This document shows, one piece after another, positions 12,066-23,483 of a DNA stretch of 38,993 nt. The notes beneath the pieces were generated by a model that worked only from the letters and a program-made list of their open reading frames with translations, was not told the origin of the DNA and ran no database searches. How positions within the stretch are numbered: position 1 is the first letter of the stretch; each line of letters opens with the position of its first letter. The stretch is taken from positions 41,358,999 to 41,397,991 of the forward strand of contig NC_068992.1 of assembly GCF_001194135.2 (NCBI RefSeq). The letters run 5' to 3'. This DNA is from Octopus bimaculoides. Taxonomy: Eukaryota. A program made the position numbers and the translations under genes.

Positions 12066-12330
12066 CATGTGAATGTATGTACGTATGTATATATGTACGT
12101 AAGTATGACTAAGTTTACATATACCTATAAGCACAAAACTTTACACACACACACACACACACACACATACACACACACATACGCACACACACACATGCAC
12201 ACACACATATATATATATTATATATATATATATATATGCATATGAGTGTATATAGATATGTATATAAAATATATGCATGTATAGTGTACAGACATATATA
12301 GATATATCTGTGTGTGTGTAACTTTGTGTG
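11940..12330. repeat. (AT)n-(GT)n-(CA)n compound microsatellite
   Basis: Direct reading. Confidence 0.95.
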
Positions 12331-13317
12331 CTTTTTAGTACAGTCATACGCCATGCTGATGCAATTTACTGCTTGGAAGCGCGCATTCTTTATTCAAAGT
12401 CTTTCCCAATTTCCTTCTATAAACGTTTAGCTCTGCTTTCCTTTTCTGCTTTTTTTTTGTTTTGTTTTATCTTCCTATTCTGGGGGGATTTTAATCACTA
12501 CAACAGACACACTCTATACCATCAGTCTCATCCCCCACTCTTCTCCTCAATCACCTCTCCCCCTTCTCCCCCTGCCTCCTCTCTTTCTTATGATGCATAT
12601 TAAATTCTTTACCGAGATCTGAAGTCAACCGTTTTCGTCTCTTTCTCTTCTCGCCATTATTATTATACATATAATCACACAAATTACAAAACCTACCGTA
12701 TTCGCATATTGATTAATGAAGCCGTTCCAATTTAAAAGCGTTAATTTCTTTCTTGCTATTGCTTTTGTTGTTTGTGTTGTTGTTGCTGTTTTGGTTTGAT
12801 GTATGTTTATTGTTTATCGTTTATTGTTTCTTTTTTCTTCGTTCTTCATCCTACGATTTATGAAACCATCTGAAGTTTCAAGATAATTGTCTTTATTTCA
12901 GGAAATTTAGCGATCCATAAATATTTTGCTAATAACGTGGACGCAATGACATTTTTTTTTTTGAAAAATAACAATCTTTCAATAAGTTCATTTGCACTTT
13001 TGTTTATTTACGTCTTTATTTGTTTACGATATTTTTTTCTACTTTTTTCGCTTGTTTCTGTTTTATTTCAAATTTTCATTTTTATTTTTATTTTTATTAT
13101 TTTTTTGCACGTTTCAAATTTTTTTTGTTTTTGCTTTGTTCCCGATAAAGCTGCTTTCTTTTAATCAATTATTGTGCAGAAAGGGAAGTAATACTGATCG
13201 ACGTTTTATGGCGTGTACTGTAGATCAACTTAGGACCTAGGTCCATCAGGAACACTTGAACTGATAAGGGCTACCGCTTATTCCAGTTCCAACAGCATGT
13301 AAGAGATCGAAATTACA

Positions 13318-13524
13318 ATATCAACCCCTAATGAACTGGACTCCGGTCCAACGCAAAGTTAATTTGCCTGTTATCATTGGAACAAATTTACAGCAGAGTG
13401 GACTTGGAGCAACGTGAAATAAAGTGTTTTGCTCAAGAACACAGCACATCACCCCGTTTAGAAATCGAAACCACACTGCTACGATCTTGAGTGCAATACT
13501 CTTAAACACTAGGCAACACACCTA
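13318..13524 (-). mobile_element. tRNA-derived SINE, family C (CORE-like body)
   Basis: The minus strand has an A-box-like TTGCCTAGTGTT and a B-box-like GGTTTCGATTTC. These are followed by GTGTTCTTGAGCAAAACACTTTA, which resembles the CORE motif CCTTGGGCAAGTCACTT. Confidence 0.75.
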
Positions 13525-13744
13525 TGCCGATAAAAAAACATCAAAAGAACTGTCACCTTCACAATCCTCTTCGTTGGCTCTATATTGCTCTTCAGGTAGA
13601 ATTTTTCCTCATTTAGTCTTAGTTTATTAATGGTGTTCGACCGTAAAATTAATATATTTTTATATGACAAAGTTATTCAGGTTAACTCTGTTTCCAAACG
13701 TACATACCAATGGCGGTGCTGTAGACGTAACACTTGCTGCTGCT

Positions 13745-13818
13745 GTTGTTTGTTTAGTTCTAGGCCAATACGGGCTGAACTGACATATGGTCAAAGACAT
13801 TCGGATGCTGACCATCTG
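13745..13818 (-). mobile_element. Fragment of a dispersed repeat, related to 28236-28415
   Basis: Roughly 60% similarity by eye to 28330-28410 in the opposite orientation; family unassigned. Confidence 0.4.
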
Positions 13819-13894
13819 GCCGAAACAGCGATATCGAAACAGCGATTACATTCTTTAAATTTTGTATTCTTTCATTTTGACGAAGAGATATTTC

Positions 13895-13993
13895 CATCCA
13901 TCAACCCTTCCAATCATCCATCCACCCACCCATTCACACATCCATCCATCCATCCATCCATCCATCCATCCATCCATCCATCCATCCATCCAT
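13895..13993. repeat. (CCAT)n tetranucleotide microsatellite
   Basis: Direct reading; explains the HPSI-repeat ORFs at 13630-14190. Confidence 0.95.
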
Positions 13994-15042
13994 CTTCCTG
14001 GGAAGGTTCGATCAAAATCCCCAAGCATCTACTCCTTAGGGTCCCGTCAGAAACAAACACCGTTGGAATTTCTGGGTGGAATCCAGCAGGAAACGGTTAT
14101 TTGGATGATAATATTCATATTGTTCTTGTTAATGTTGTTACTGCTGCTAGAGTGTTATTAGGATCGGTTTTTAAACAAGATGTCATGTAGTAATCGATGA
14201 TGTATGATGTAGCTTCTCTCTCTCTGTGGATATATATATAATATATGTGTGTGTNNNNNNNNNNNNNNNNNNNNNNNNNNNNNNNNNNNNNNNNNNNNNN
14301 NNNNNNNNNNNNNNNNNNNNNNNNNNNNNNNNNNNNNNNNNNNNNNNNNNNNNNNNNNNNNNNNNNNNNNNNNNNNNNNNNNNNNNNNNNNNNNNNNNNN
14401 NNNNNNNNNNNNNNNNNNNNNNNNNNNNNNNNNNNNNNNNNNNNNNNNNNNNNNNNNNNNNNNNNNNNNNNNNNNNNNNNNNNNNNNNNNNNNNNNNNNN
14501 NNNNNNNNNNNNNNNNNNNNNNNNNNNNNNNNNNNNNNNNNNNNNNNNNNNNNNNNNNNNNNNNNNNNNNNNNNNNNNNNNNNNNNNNNNNNNNNNNNNN
14601 NNNNNNNNNNNNNNNNNNNNNNNNNNNNNNNNNNNNNNNNNNNNNNNNNNNNNNNNNNNNNNNNNNNNNNNNNNNNNNNNNNNNNNNNNNNNNNNNNNNN
14701 NNNNNNNNNNNNNNNNNNNNNNNNNNNNNNNNNNNNNNNNNNNNNNNNNNNNNNNNNNNNNNNNNNNNNNNNNNNNNNNNNNNNNNNNNNNNNNNNNNNN
14801 NNNNNNNNNNNNNNNNNNNNNNNNNTTTAACACACACACCGGTAAAATTTCCACTTATTTCTTTTTTTTATTTTTCTAAAATTTTCGTTGCGTCTTGCAG
14901 CCTTTTCAATAGAACCACTGAAAAGGTTGCAAGAAGCAACGAAAATTTAGAAGAATAAAAAAGAAATAAGTGGAAATTTTACCAGTGAGTGTGTTAAATT
15001 ATAAGGTACCAAAAAGGAATGACTCTCCCCAGGCACAACAGA

Positions 15043-15104
<62 letters not shown>

Positions 15105-15549
15105 TATGCTAACATCGCTATACCTAGTTATTTATATCTATTTATATATATGTACAAATATATATACAAACATCTATCTATATACATGCATGTGTGCATA
15201 CACACACATATGTATATATACGTATGTATGTATATCTATGTATGTATGAGCATATGTCCACACATACATAAAAATATATAGATGTATATTATGCATATAT
15301 CTTTTTGTGAAAGGACATGTATGCACATGCACGACATTGCCCCCTCCCTCTCTCTCTGTCTCACACACACACACACTTACACACATACACATATACACAC
15401 AAACAATTATGCTCTTGAGTTTACCAAGCTAGATTTCCAAACAATCAACTAAGTAGACGAAGTGTTTATTAATTATATTTTGAAGCTCCAAATTCAGAAT
15501 TCACAAGTTAAAATTATCCTATTCACCACCTCCCTTCTCCACACTGACA

Positions 15550-15571
15550 CGAGAGAGAGAGAGAGAGAGGT

Positions 15572-15616
<45 letters not shown>

Positions 15617-15640
15617 GAGAGAGGGAGAGGGAGAGAGATG
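15550..15640. repeat. (GA)n microsatellite
   Basis: Direct reading. Confidence 0.95.
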
Positions 15641-15959
15641 GAGCGACTTCCGAAAGAAGCTTCCAATTATATTTGAAGACCTGATCCAGGTTTTCGCAAG
15701 TGCCAAGCTGTTGGTTAGAACAATCGTTTATTTGGAAACAGTGTTTCTGTTCCGTTCAGGAGGTATTTATTGTTGTTGTGATTAATATAAATCTTCCCTA
15801 AGATATATCTTTGTCTTTGATGGAACACTATGACCGACAGTCATATTTCTCAGTGGGTTTAATTTATCGAAGAAATAACCTCGTGGTTTTCAGTGAGCTA
15901 CTTTGATGTTGTTTTTCAGAAACTCATGTTCCTCTCTTATTTCCTTTTTGTTTTGATAG

Positions 15960-16071
15960 CTGGACATAAATTGAGCAGTATATTCCAAAGCATGAAATGG
16001 AGATTAAAAACAATATCACCAATTTCAAAGGAGAACTTCAAACAGGCGATATCACAATTGATTCAAGGGAG
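15960..16071 (+). CDS. Possible internal coding exon (112 nt), product unknown
   Basis: Pyrimidine tract plus TTTTGATAG| acceptor and GAG|GTATTG donor. One frame is open: (A)GHKLSSIFQSMKWRLKTISPISKENFKQAISQLIQG. No homology recognised and no partner exons found. Confidence 0.25.
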
Positions 16072-16544
16072 GTATTGGTGTGAATTTCAACCATCAGTTT
16101 AGAAAGTTTCGTTGTTAATTTTTTTTTTCTTTTTCGACAATGAATCTAATGTTATACATTGAGTTCTAGGTTTGTAAAGGGTTTGAATAATAGCGGATGG
16201 TATTTGAACGGAATTTTATATTTAAAATGCCCACGCAATATAGAATGGTTGCCAAGTAACGTAACAAGTTGATCTAATGTTTGTAAATGAGATACAAATC
16301 TTTAAAGTAGAATGCAGTTTATTGTCAAAGTGAGCTGCTTTTTTTAAATCATTGATATTTTCTATTAAACAAATCATGACGTTTTATTTCATGTAAAAAA
16401 AAAAAACAAGCAAAGAAGTAATAAAACAAATCACAAAACATGTTTTAAAACAGAAAATAGTTTTCTAACTAATTATTTACTTTATAAAACACATTTATTT
16501 TTGGTTTCACAAACATATTATGTTTTATTATAGACAGACTCAAC

Positions 16545-16720
16545 AAGGCGGCGAGCTGGCAGAATCGTTAGCACACCGGGCGAAATACTTAACGGTTTTT
16601 CGTCTGCTGCTATGTTCTGACTTCAAATCCTGCCGACGTCGACTTTTCCTTTCTTCCCCTTCGGACTCGATACCAGTTAAATACTGGATTTCCAGACGTG
16701 GGACGTAAATGATTTACACA
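16545..16720 (+). mobile_element. tRNA-derived SINE, family A
   Basis: Head AAGGCGGCGAGCTGGCAGAATCGTTAGCAC (A-box TGGCAGAATCG) and a degenerate B-box (GACTTCAAATCC). Matches the copies at 24918 and 30664. Confidence 0.88.
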
Positions 16721-17270
16721 TTAGCTATGGTACTATTGATCAATATAAGTTGCGAAACACATTTGAAATTCAATAGACGCTAAGTATTGAAGGCATCGAG
16801 AAGAGACCTGAGAAAATTGTAATACGGTGATAACAGGATACAACTCGGTTTAATATCTATAACTTATTTATGGATTCATTTGTGATATATTACAGTAATG
16901 ATATATCATAACATCGTTATTGTGTTTGGTTTGTGAGACATTTGATAGGAAATCGTGTGTGGAAATAAATTTTATTGTTCCTTGGCAGCGTCATTACGTC
17001 AACAAAAACACACGCAGAAGTTCGATTCCACTTCTTTATTGTTAGTGAAATGGTTAAGTATTTAATCAATTAACTAAACGATAGTTTGTTTAATGTGGTG
17101 GTTCAACAATCAATCCCTTGTTTATTAGTCAATGTTCATTTTGTGACATTTTCAGCGATTTAGTCACTTCCCCTATTGCCAGACACATTAACCAAACAAT
17201 CGATTAGTTAGTTGGTTAGGTATTTAAGTGATTTATAATCAATGAAAATGTGGTGTCGAACCTGTGAGTG

Positions 17271-17272
<2 letters not shown>

Positions 17273-17322
<50 letters not shown>
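17273..17322. repeat. (TTA)n array; tail or target of the adjacent LINE end
   Basis: Direct reading. Confidence 0.97.
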
Positions 17323-17469
17323 GAGTGAGAGAGCAGTGCATTCCATCAAAGTGACACTGGGGTAAAATATACGAAGCTCAGTATACCCATCATAACTACC
17401 TGTCTGATAAGGATAAAACCAGGCACATACATCACAACCATATGTGCACGACATGGTGATTTCATATCA
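17323..17469 (-). mobile_element. Probable 3' UTR end of a non-LTR retrotransposon, terminating in (AAT)n
   Basis: Unique sequence ending …GCACTGCTCTCTCACTC-(AAT)n on the minus strand, in the same orientation as the neighbouring R4/Dong ORF fragments. The assignment is inferred. Confidence 0.6.
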
Positions 17470-18206
17470 NNNNNNNNNNNNNNNNNNNNNNNNNNNNNNN
17501 NNNNNNNNNNNNNNNNNNNNNNNNNNNNNNNNNNNNNNNNNNNNNNNNNNNNNNNNNNNNNNNNNNNNNNNNNNNNNNNNNNNNNNNNNNNNNNNNNNNN
17601 NNNNNNNNNNNNNNNNNNNNNNNNNNNNNNNNNNNNNNNNNNNNNNNNNNNNNNNNNNNNNNNNNNNNNNNNNNNNNNNNNNNNNNNNNNNNNNNNNNNN
17701 NNNNNNNNNNNNNNNNNNNNNNNNNNNNNNNNNNNNNNNNNNNNNNNNNNNNNNNNNNNNNNNNNNNNNNNNNNNNNNNNNNNNNNNNNNNNNNNNNNNN
17801 NNNNNNNNNNNNNNNNNNNNNNNNNNNNNNNNNNNNNNNNNNNNNNNNNNNNNNNNNNNNNNNNNNNNNNNNNNNNNNNNNNNNNNNNNNNNNNNNNNNN
17901 NNNNNNNNNNNNNNNNNNNNNNNNNNNNNNNNNNNNNNNNNNNNNNNNNNNNNNNNNNNNNNNNNNNNNNNNNNNNNNNNNNNNNNNNNNNNNNNNNNNN
18001 NNNNNNNNNNNNNNNNNNNNNNNNNNNNNNNNNNNNNNNNNNNNNNNNNNNNNNNNNNNNNNNNNNNNNNNNNNNNNNNNNNNNNNNNNNNNNNNNNNNN
18101 NNNNNNNNNNNNNNNNNNNNNNNNNNNNNNNNNNNNNNNNNNNNNNNNNNNNNNNNNNNNNNNNNNNNNNNNNNNNNNNNNNNNNNNNNNNNNNNNNNNN
18201 NNNNNN

Positions 18207-18260
<54 letters not shown>

Positions 18261-18276
18261 CATTATTATTATTATT

Positions 18277-18314
<38 letters not shown>

Positions 18315-18344
18315 GGTTATTATTATTTTTATTATTATTATTAT
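18207..18344. repeat. (TTA)n array with an internal opposite-polarity (AAT)n block at 18280-18303
   Basis: Direct reading. Confidence 0.95.
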
Positions 18345-19212
18345 GTCTTTATCACAGGTTTTGACTATTCGTGGTTCAAAGGGGCATGCAACATCATCTC
18401 TATAGCACGTGTGGCGCACTTTCTCCACCACCACTTGGTGCAGTCTGTTATGCTATAGCACCTGATCTGTTTGGAATGGGAAATCCCAGAAGATTTTGAT
18501 AGCTTCCGACACCGCCACTCTCTGCGGTGTGTTCATACCCCGTCTTGCCCCTGTCTATCTCCAACTTTTCGCACTTTCCAGTGTAATAATTTCGCTACCT
18601 GATCGTGTTGCCACAACTTGTGGTTTTGGGGAAATCTAGGGCATTCGTTTGTAATATGAACAATGGTTTCATCCACTCTGTTACAGATGTGGCACAACGG
18701 AGACACTTGCTCATTCAAAAAGTTGACCCTCCAGTTTGTGGCCAAAGCTTGGTCTTGCGCTGCCAGTACAGTGCTCACGGTATATATTTTTAGTGTTCTT
18801 TTCTTCAGCCAATCCCACCTATTTTTTCCAGAAACTTCTGTTGTGGCTTTATGGAATTGCTTGTGTAGTCCCTTCTTGCATAATTCTTCTTCATGTGCTT
18901 TTTCTATTTCCTCCTTTGTTTTCCCTTTTTTCTCTGCTCCCAATACTCCCTCGTTAGTAACTGATACTAGCAAGGTTTCCTTACTTTGGAATAAGTATCT
19001 CATCAAGCTCCCGAGTTCGATACGCATGCAGTTTTCCACACTTATCAGTCCTCTTCCTCTATTTGCTCTCTTCATATATAGGCGATCAGTGTCTGCACGT
19101 GGATGATAAGCTCCCTGCATCGTTAGGAGTATTCATTTCACTTACCTTGATTTTGTATTCTAAAATCCCCAGATATTTATATCCATTAGTTGGAATATCC
19201 CTAATTTATGAA
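18345..19212 (-). mobile_element. R4/Dong-clade non-LTR retrotransposon fragment A (end of RT, CCHC knuckle, restriction-like endonuclease)
   Basis: GYKYLGILE (RT domain 7); HPRADTDRLYMKRANRGRGL; VLAAQDQAL; CHIC…ETIVHITNEC zinc knuckle; then, after frameshifts, KIFWDFPFQTDQVL*HNRLHQVVVEK…DDVACPFEPRI (degenerate PD-(D/E)xK RLE). Flanked by TAA arrays on both sides. Confidence 0.92.
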
Positions 19213-19215
<3 letters not shown>

Positions 19216-19275
<60 letters not shown>

Positions 19276-19277
19276 CA

Positions 19278-19367
<90 letters not shown>
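19216..19367. repeat. (TTA)n array running into a gap
   Basis: Direct reading. Confidence 0.97.
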
Positions 19368-19890
19368 NNNNNNNNNNNNNNNNNNNNNNNNNNNNNNNNN
19401 NNNNNNNNNNNNNNNNNNNNNNNNNNNNNNNNNNNNNNNNNNNNNNNNNNNNNNNNNNNNNNNNNNNNNNNNNNNNNNNNNNNNNNNNNNNNNNNNNNNN
19501 NNNNNNNNNNNNNNNNNNNNNNNNNNNNNNNNNNNNNNNNNNNNNNNNNNNNNNNNNNNNNNNNNNNNNNNNNNNNNNNNNNNNNNNNNNNNNNNNNNNN
19601 NNNNNNNNNNNNNNNNNNNNNNNNNNNNNNNNNNNNNNNNNNNNNNNNNNNNNNNNNNNNNNNNNNNNNNNNNNNNNNNNNNNNNNNNNNNNNNNNNNNN
19701 NNNNNNNNNNNNNNNNNNNNNNNNNNNNNNNNNNNNNNNNNNNNNNNNNNNNNNNNNNNNNNNNNNNNNNNNNNNNNNNNNNNNNNNNNNNNNNNNNNNN
19801 NNNNNNNNNNNNNNNNNNNNNNNNNNNNNNNNNNNNNNNNNNNNNNNNNNNNNNNNNNNNNNNNNNNNNNNNNNNNNNNNNNNNNNNNNN

Positions 19891-20220
19891 ATTTAGTTTA
19901 GCCCAGTATTTACCATGTAGGGGCTTTTCTTGCCATCGTTTTATCATGGTCCGTTGCTGTTCTAGTTTTAGTTTGGATTTCATTTGTTTTATAGCTTTTG
20001 TTGTTTCTTCTTCTTCTTCTTCGTATTTGTTAGGTAGATTGATTTCTTGTTTGTATTTGTCAGCTTCCTTAAATACTGAAAACAGTTTTTTGTTTTGCTC
20101 GTGTTTTGTGGCTATTTGTATTAGTTTCACTTGCTTCTGGAGTAGGTATTTTTGCAGTCCTATGGTGGTTATTTTATAATAGTTTTCTAGCTGTATAAGA
20201 CCCCTGCCACATGTGTAATC
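19891..20220 (-). mobile_element. R4/Dong-clade fragment B (distinct subfamily), 5'-truncated
   Basis: GRGLIQLENYYKITTIGLQKYL…KRWQEKPLHGKYWAKLN is homologous to, but clearly divergent from, fragment A's GRGL…KKGLHKQF segment. Confidence 0.88.
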
Positions 20221-20984
20221 AATCCCCCAACACTCAACAATATATTTTAACATATTACTATTGTAGTGTCATTTAATATATATACATACATGCATATATA
20301 TATACTTGTAGTACCAGTGGAAATTTTGCGGGCCTGTTTGTGATAGAGTGTCGAACATAAATATCACTTAACTCTCTAATAATTTCCTGTCATTTCCTTT
20401 ACAATCATTTGATTAATTTCTTGGAAATCGTGTCTCTTCTCTTAAGCCACGTTTTCTCTTCTTGTGCCTTTTTCTCATCCTGGCTTCTGCACAATATTCT
20501 TTCCAGTTATCGTTCATATTTCGACTTCTTTCTTGATTAACAATTCCCAAATTTTCCTATCCTCTTCAACTTTGTCATTCAATGTGATCTGCTTCTATTT
20601 CGTGCACGAATTCCATTCTTTTCCTCATTAGTTAATGCTTCCTATCCTTCCATATTCTCCTCTCTTTATTCCTAATTCTCAAATCTTCCTTTTTGCCTTT
20701 TCCCCAATCATTCCCTATATCTTTTCCTGCAGCTTTTGATTGCATTCTTGCTGTTGTGCTCTACGATCTTTGTCCGTTGTAACACGCGAAACTCCGTTTC
20801 GCTAATAAATTAACTCAAGATGCACTTGATAACACCCGTATCAGGGAAATATCTTTACACATATTTTATGAAGAAAGGTAGGAACACAGAGATAATAGGT
20901 AGTTGGAAAAATCTCTGTACTTACGTCCAAACATACCTACACACATACAAGCAGTCACACATATGCGAACGCTACAGGCATGCG

Positions 20985-21154
20985 CGCATAAACATCTACC
21001 GCCAATTCACACACAAACACACTCACACACACACACGCACGCACGCACGCACACAAACACACACACACACACACACACATACGCATACACGCACAAAGCA
21101 ACTTGTCATCCTTGCGTATGAGTGAGTGTTGTGCGCTAATAAGATTGTTCTGTA

Positions 21155-21192
<38 letters not shown>

Positions 21193-21195
21193 TGC
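20985..21195. repeat. (CA)n/(GT)n/(GA)n compound microsatellite
   Basis: Direct reading. Confidence 0.9.
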
Positions 21196-21272
21196 ATGTG
21201 TCAGTAGGGTTCATTTAAATTTATCTCTATCGCGCACACACTTCTATAGTCATCTTTGCACTGTGTGACATA

Positions 21273-21342
21273 CGCGGAGATACCCAAAAGTAACTGGAAA
21301 CGTTCTCTGTAAGACAAGCCTGTTGTAGCTAAGGTTTCCGCC
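21273..21342 (+). mobile_element. Possible mariner-type TIR running into a gap
   Basis: TA|CGCGGAGATACCCAAAAGTAACTGGAAACG resembles mariner termini of the TA|CGAGGG…CCAAAAAGTAACCGG type. The partner TIR is not visible. Confidence 0.45.
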
Positions 21343-22274
21343 NNNNNNNNNNNNNNNNNNNNNNNNNNNNNNNNNNNNNNNNNNNNNNNNNNNNNNNNNN
21401 NNNNNNNNNNNNNNNNNNNNNNNNNNNNNNNNNNNNNNNNNNNNNNNNNNNNNNNNNNNNNNNNNNNNNNNNNNNNNNNNNNNNNNNNNNNNNNNNNNNN
21501 NNNNNNNNNNNNNNNNNNNNNNNNNNNNNNNNNNNNNNNNNNNNNNNNNNNNNNNNNNNNNNNNNNNNNNNNNNNNNNNNNNNNNNNNNNNNNNNNNNNN
21601 NNNNNNNNNNNNNNNNNNNNNNNNNNNNNNNNNNNNNNNNNNNNNNNNNNNNNNNNNNNNNNNNNNNNNNNNNNNNNNNNNNNNNNNNNNNNNNNNNNNN
21701 NNNNNNNNNNNNNNNNNNNNNNNNNNNNNNNNNNNNNNNNNNNNNNNNNNNNNNNNNNNNNNNNNNNNNNNNNNNNNNNNNNNNNNNNNNNNNNNNNNNN
21801 NNNNNNNNNNNNNNNNNNNNNNNNNNNNNNNNNNNNNNNNNNNNNNNNNNNNNNNNNNNNNNNNNNNNNNNNNNNNNNNNNNNNNNNNNNNNNNNNNNNN
21901 NNNNNNNNNNNNNNNNNNNNNNNNNNNNNNNNNNNNNNNNNNNNNNNNNNNNNNNNNNNNNNNNNNNNNNNNNNNNNNNNNNNNNNNNNNNNNNNNNNNN
22001 NNNNNNNNNNNNNNNNNNNNNNNNNNNNNNNNNNNNNNNNNNNNNNNNNNNNNNNNNNNNNNNNNNNNNNNNNNNNNNNNNNNNNNNNNNNNNNNNNNNN
22101 NNNNNNNNNNNNNNNNNNNNNNNNNNNNNNNNNNNNNNNNNNNNNNNNNNNNNNNNNNNNNNNNNNNNNNNNNNNNNNNNNNNNNNNNNNNNNNNNNNNN
22201 NNNNNNNNNNNNNNNNNNNNNNNNNNNNNNNNNNNNNNNNNNNNNNNNNNNNNNNNNNNNNNNNNNNNNNNNNN

Positions 22275-22306
<32 letters not shown>

Positions 22307-22308
<2 letters not shown>

Positions 22309-22766
22309 GTATAAATAGAGAAAAGAATAAAGAGAACAATGGCAAAGTTAGAAATATATTTAATGGATAGAGTCTTACAGCTGTTTCAGGGAAGATCCAA
22401 TGCATCCCTTCATCGGAGACAGAAATAGTAGAGGAATCGATTATTAAATCTATAAGCGGAGAGTTATAGTAGGAAGTGAGAGTGAGTGTGATGCACTGAA
22501 AAAAGAAAGAAAAAACAGTACTTGGAGTGTAGTTTCATTCCAGTAGTAAGTATCCGTGTAAATAATCTTTGTGGGAATTTTCCGGAGATAGTTGTTGTAG
22601 TAAAGGGTGAAATAGCAGAGGTGGACATAAGTCATATTGTGTCCGAAGTATACTGCGTGTGTTTACTTGAAGGATATCCCAAATCACTTGAGCTGTAAGA
22701 CTCTATCCATAAAATATATTTCTAACTTTGGCATTGTTCTCTTTATCCTTTTCTCTATTTATACAT
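22307..22766. mobile_element. Penelope-like inverted terminal-repeat pair (76-bp arms) carrying a hammerhead
   Basis: 22307-22382 and 22691-22766 are reverse complements with 3 mismatches. The left arm continues into a complete HHR. Confidence 0.7.
22372..22420 (-). ncRNA. Minimal type I hammerhead ribozyme (U4C core variant)
   Basis: Minus strand: GTCT CCGATGA AGGGA-TGCATTGGATCT-TCCCT GAAA CAGCTG TA|AGAC. Stem I 4 bp, stem II 5 bp, palindromic stem III ACAGCTGT, GUA cleavage triplet. Confidence 0.8.
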
Positions 22767-23483
22767 ACACATGCTAAAACACGACTTATAATCCCCAATC
22801 CTGTTTATACAACGATTAGGGGATAACTAGCCGGTATACAGCACTTACTCGGTATTACCTGTATCTTTGGATTTCGTTAAATNNNNNNNNNNNNNNNNNN
22901 NNNNNNNNNNNNNNNNNNNNNNNNNNNNNNNNNNNNNNNNNNNNNNNNNNNNNNNNNNNNNNNNNNNNNNNNNNNNNNNNNNNNNNNNNNNNNNNNNNNN
23001 NNNNNNNNNNNNNNNNNNNNNNNNNNNNNNNNNNNNNNNNNNNNNNNNNNNNNNNNNNNNNNNNNNNNNNNNNNNNNNNNNNNNNNNNNNNNNNNNNNNN
23101 NNNNNNNNNNNNNNNNNNNNNNNNNNNNNNNNNNNNNNNNNNNNNNNNNNNNNNNNNNNNNNNNNNNNNNNNNNNNNNNNNNNNNNNNNNNNNNNNNNNN
23201 NNNNNNNNNNNNNNNNNNNNNNNNNNNNNNNNNNNNNNNNNNNNNNNNNNNNNNNNNNNNNNNNNNNNNNNNNNNNNNNNNNNNNNNNNNNNNNNNNNNN
23301 NNNNNNNNNNNNNNNNNNNNNNNNNNNNNNNNNNNNNNNNNNNNNNNNNNNNNNNNNNNNNNNNNNNNNNNNNNNNNNNNNNNNNNNNNNNNNNNNNNNN
23401 NNNNNNNNNNNNNNNNNNNNNNNNNNNNNNNNNNNNNNNNNNNNNNNNNNNNNNNNNNNNNNNNNNNNNNNNNNNNNNNNNNT

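Noticed and set aside
12902-13000. TTTATTTCAG acceptor followed by an open frame (GNLAIHKYFANNV…)
   Set aside because: No plausible donor; runs into T-rich low complexity.
13823-13849. Direct repeat CGAAACAGCGAT, two copies
   Set aside because: Small slippage duplication with no insert between the copies.
16545-16640. tRNA genes at SINE heads
   Set aside because: A and B boxes are present, but there is no cloverleaf and each continues into a SINE body.
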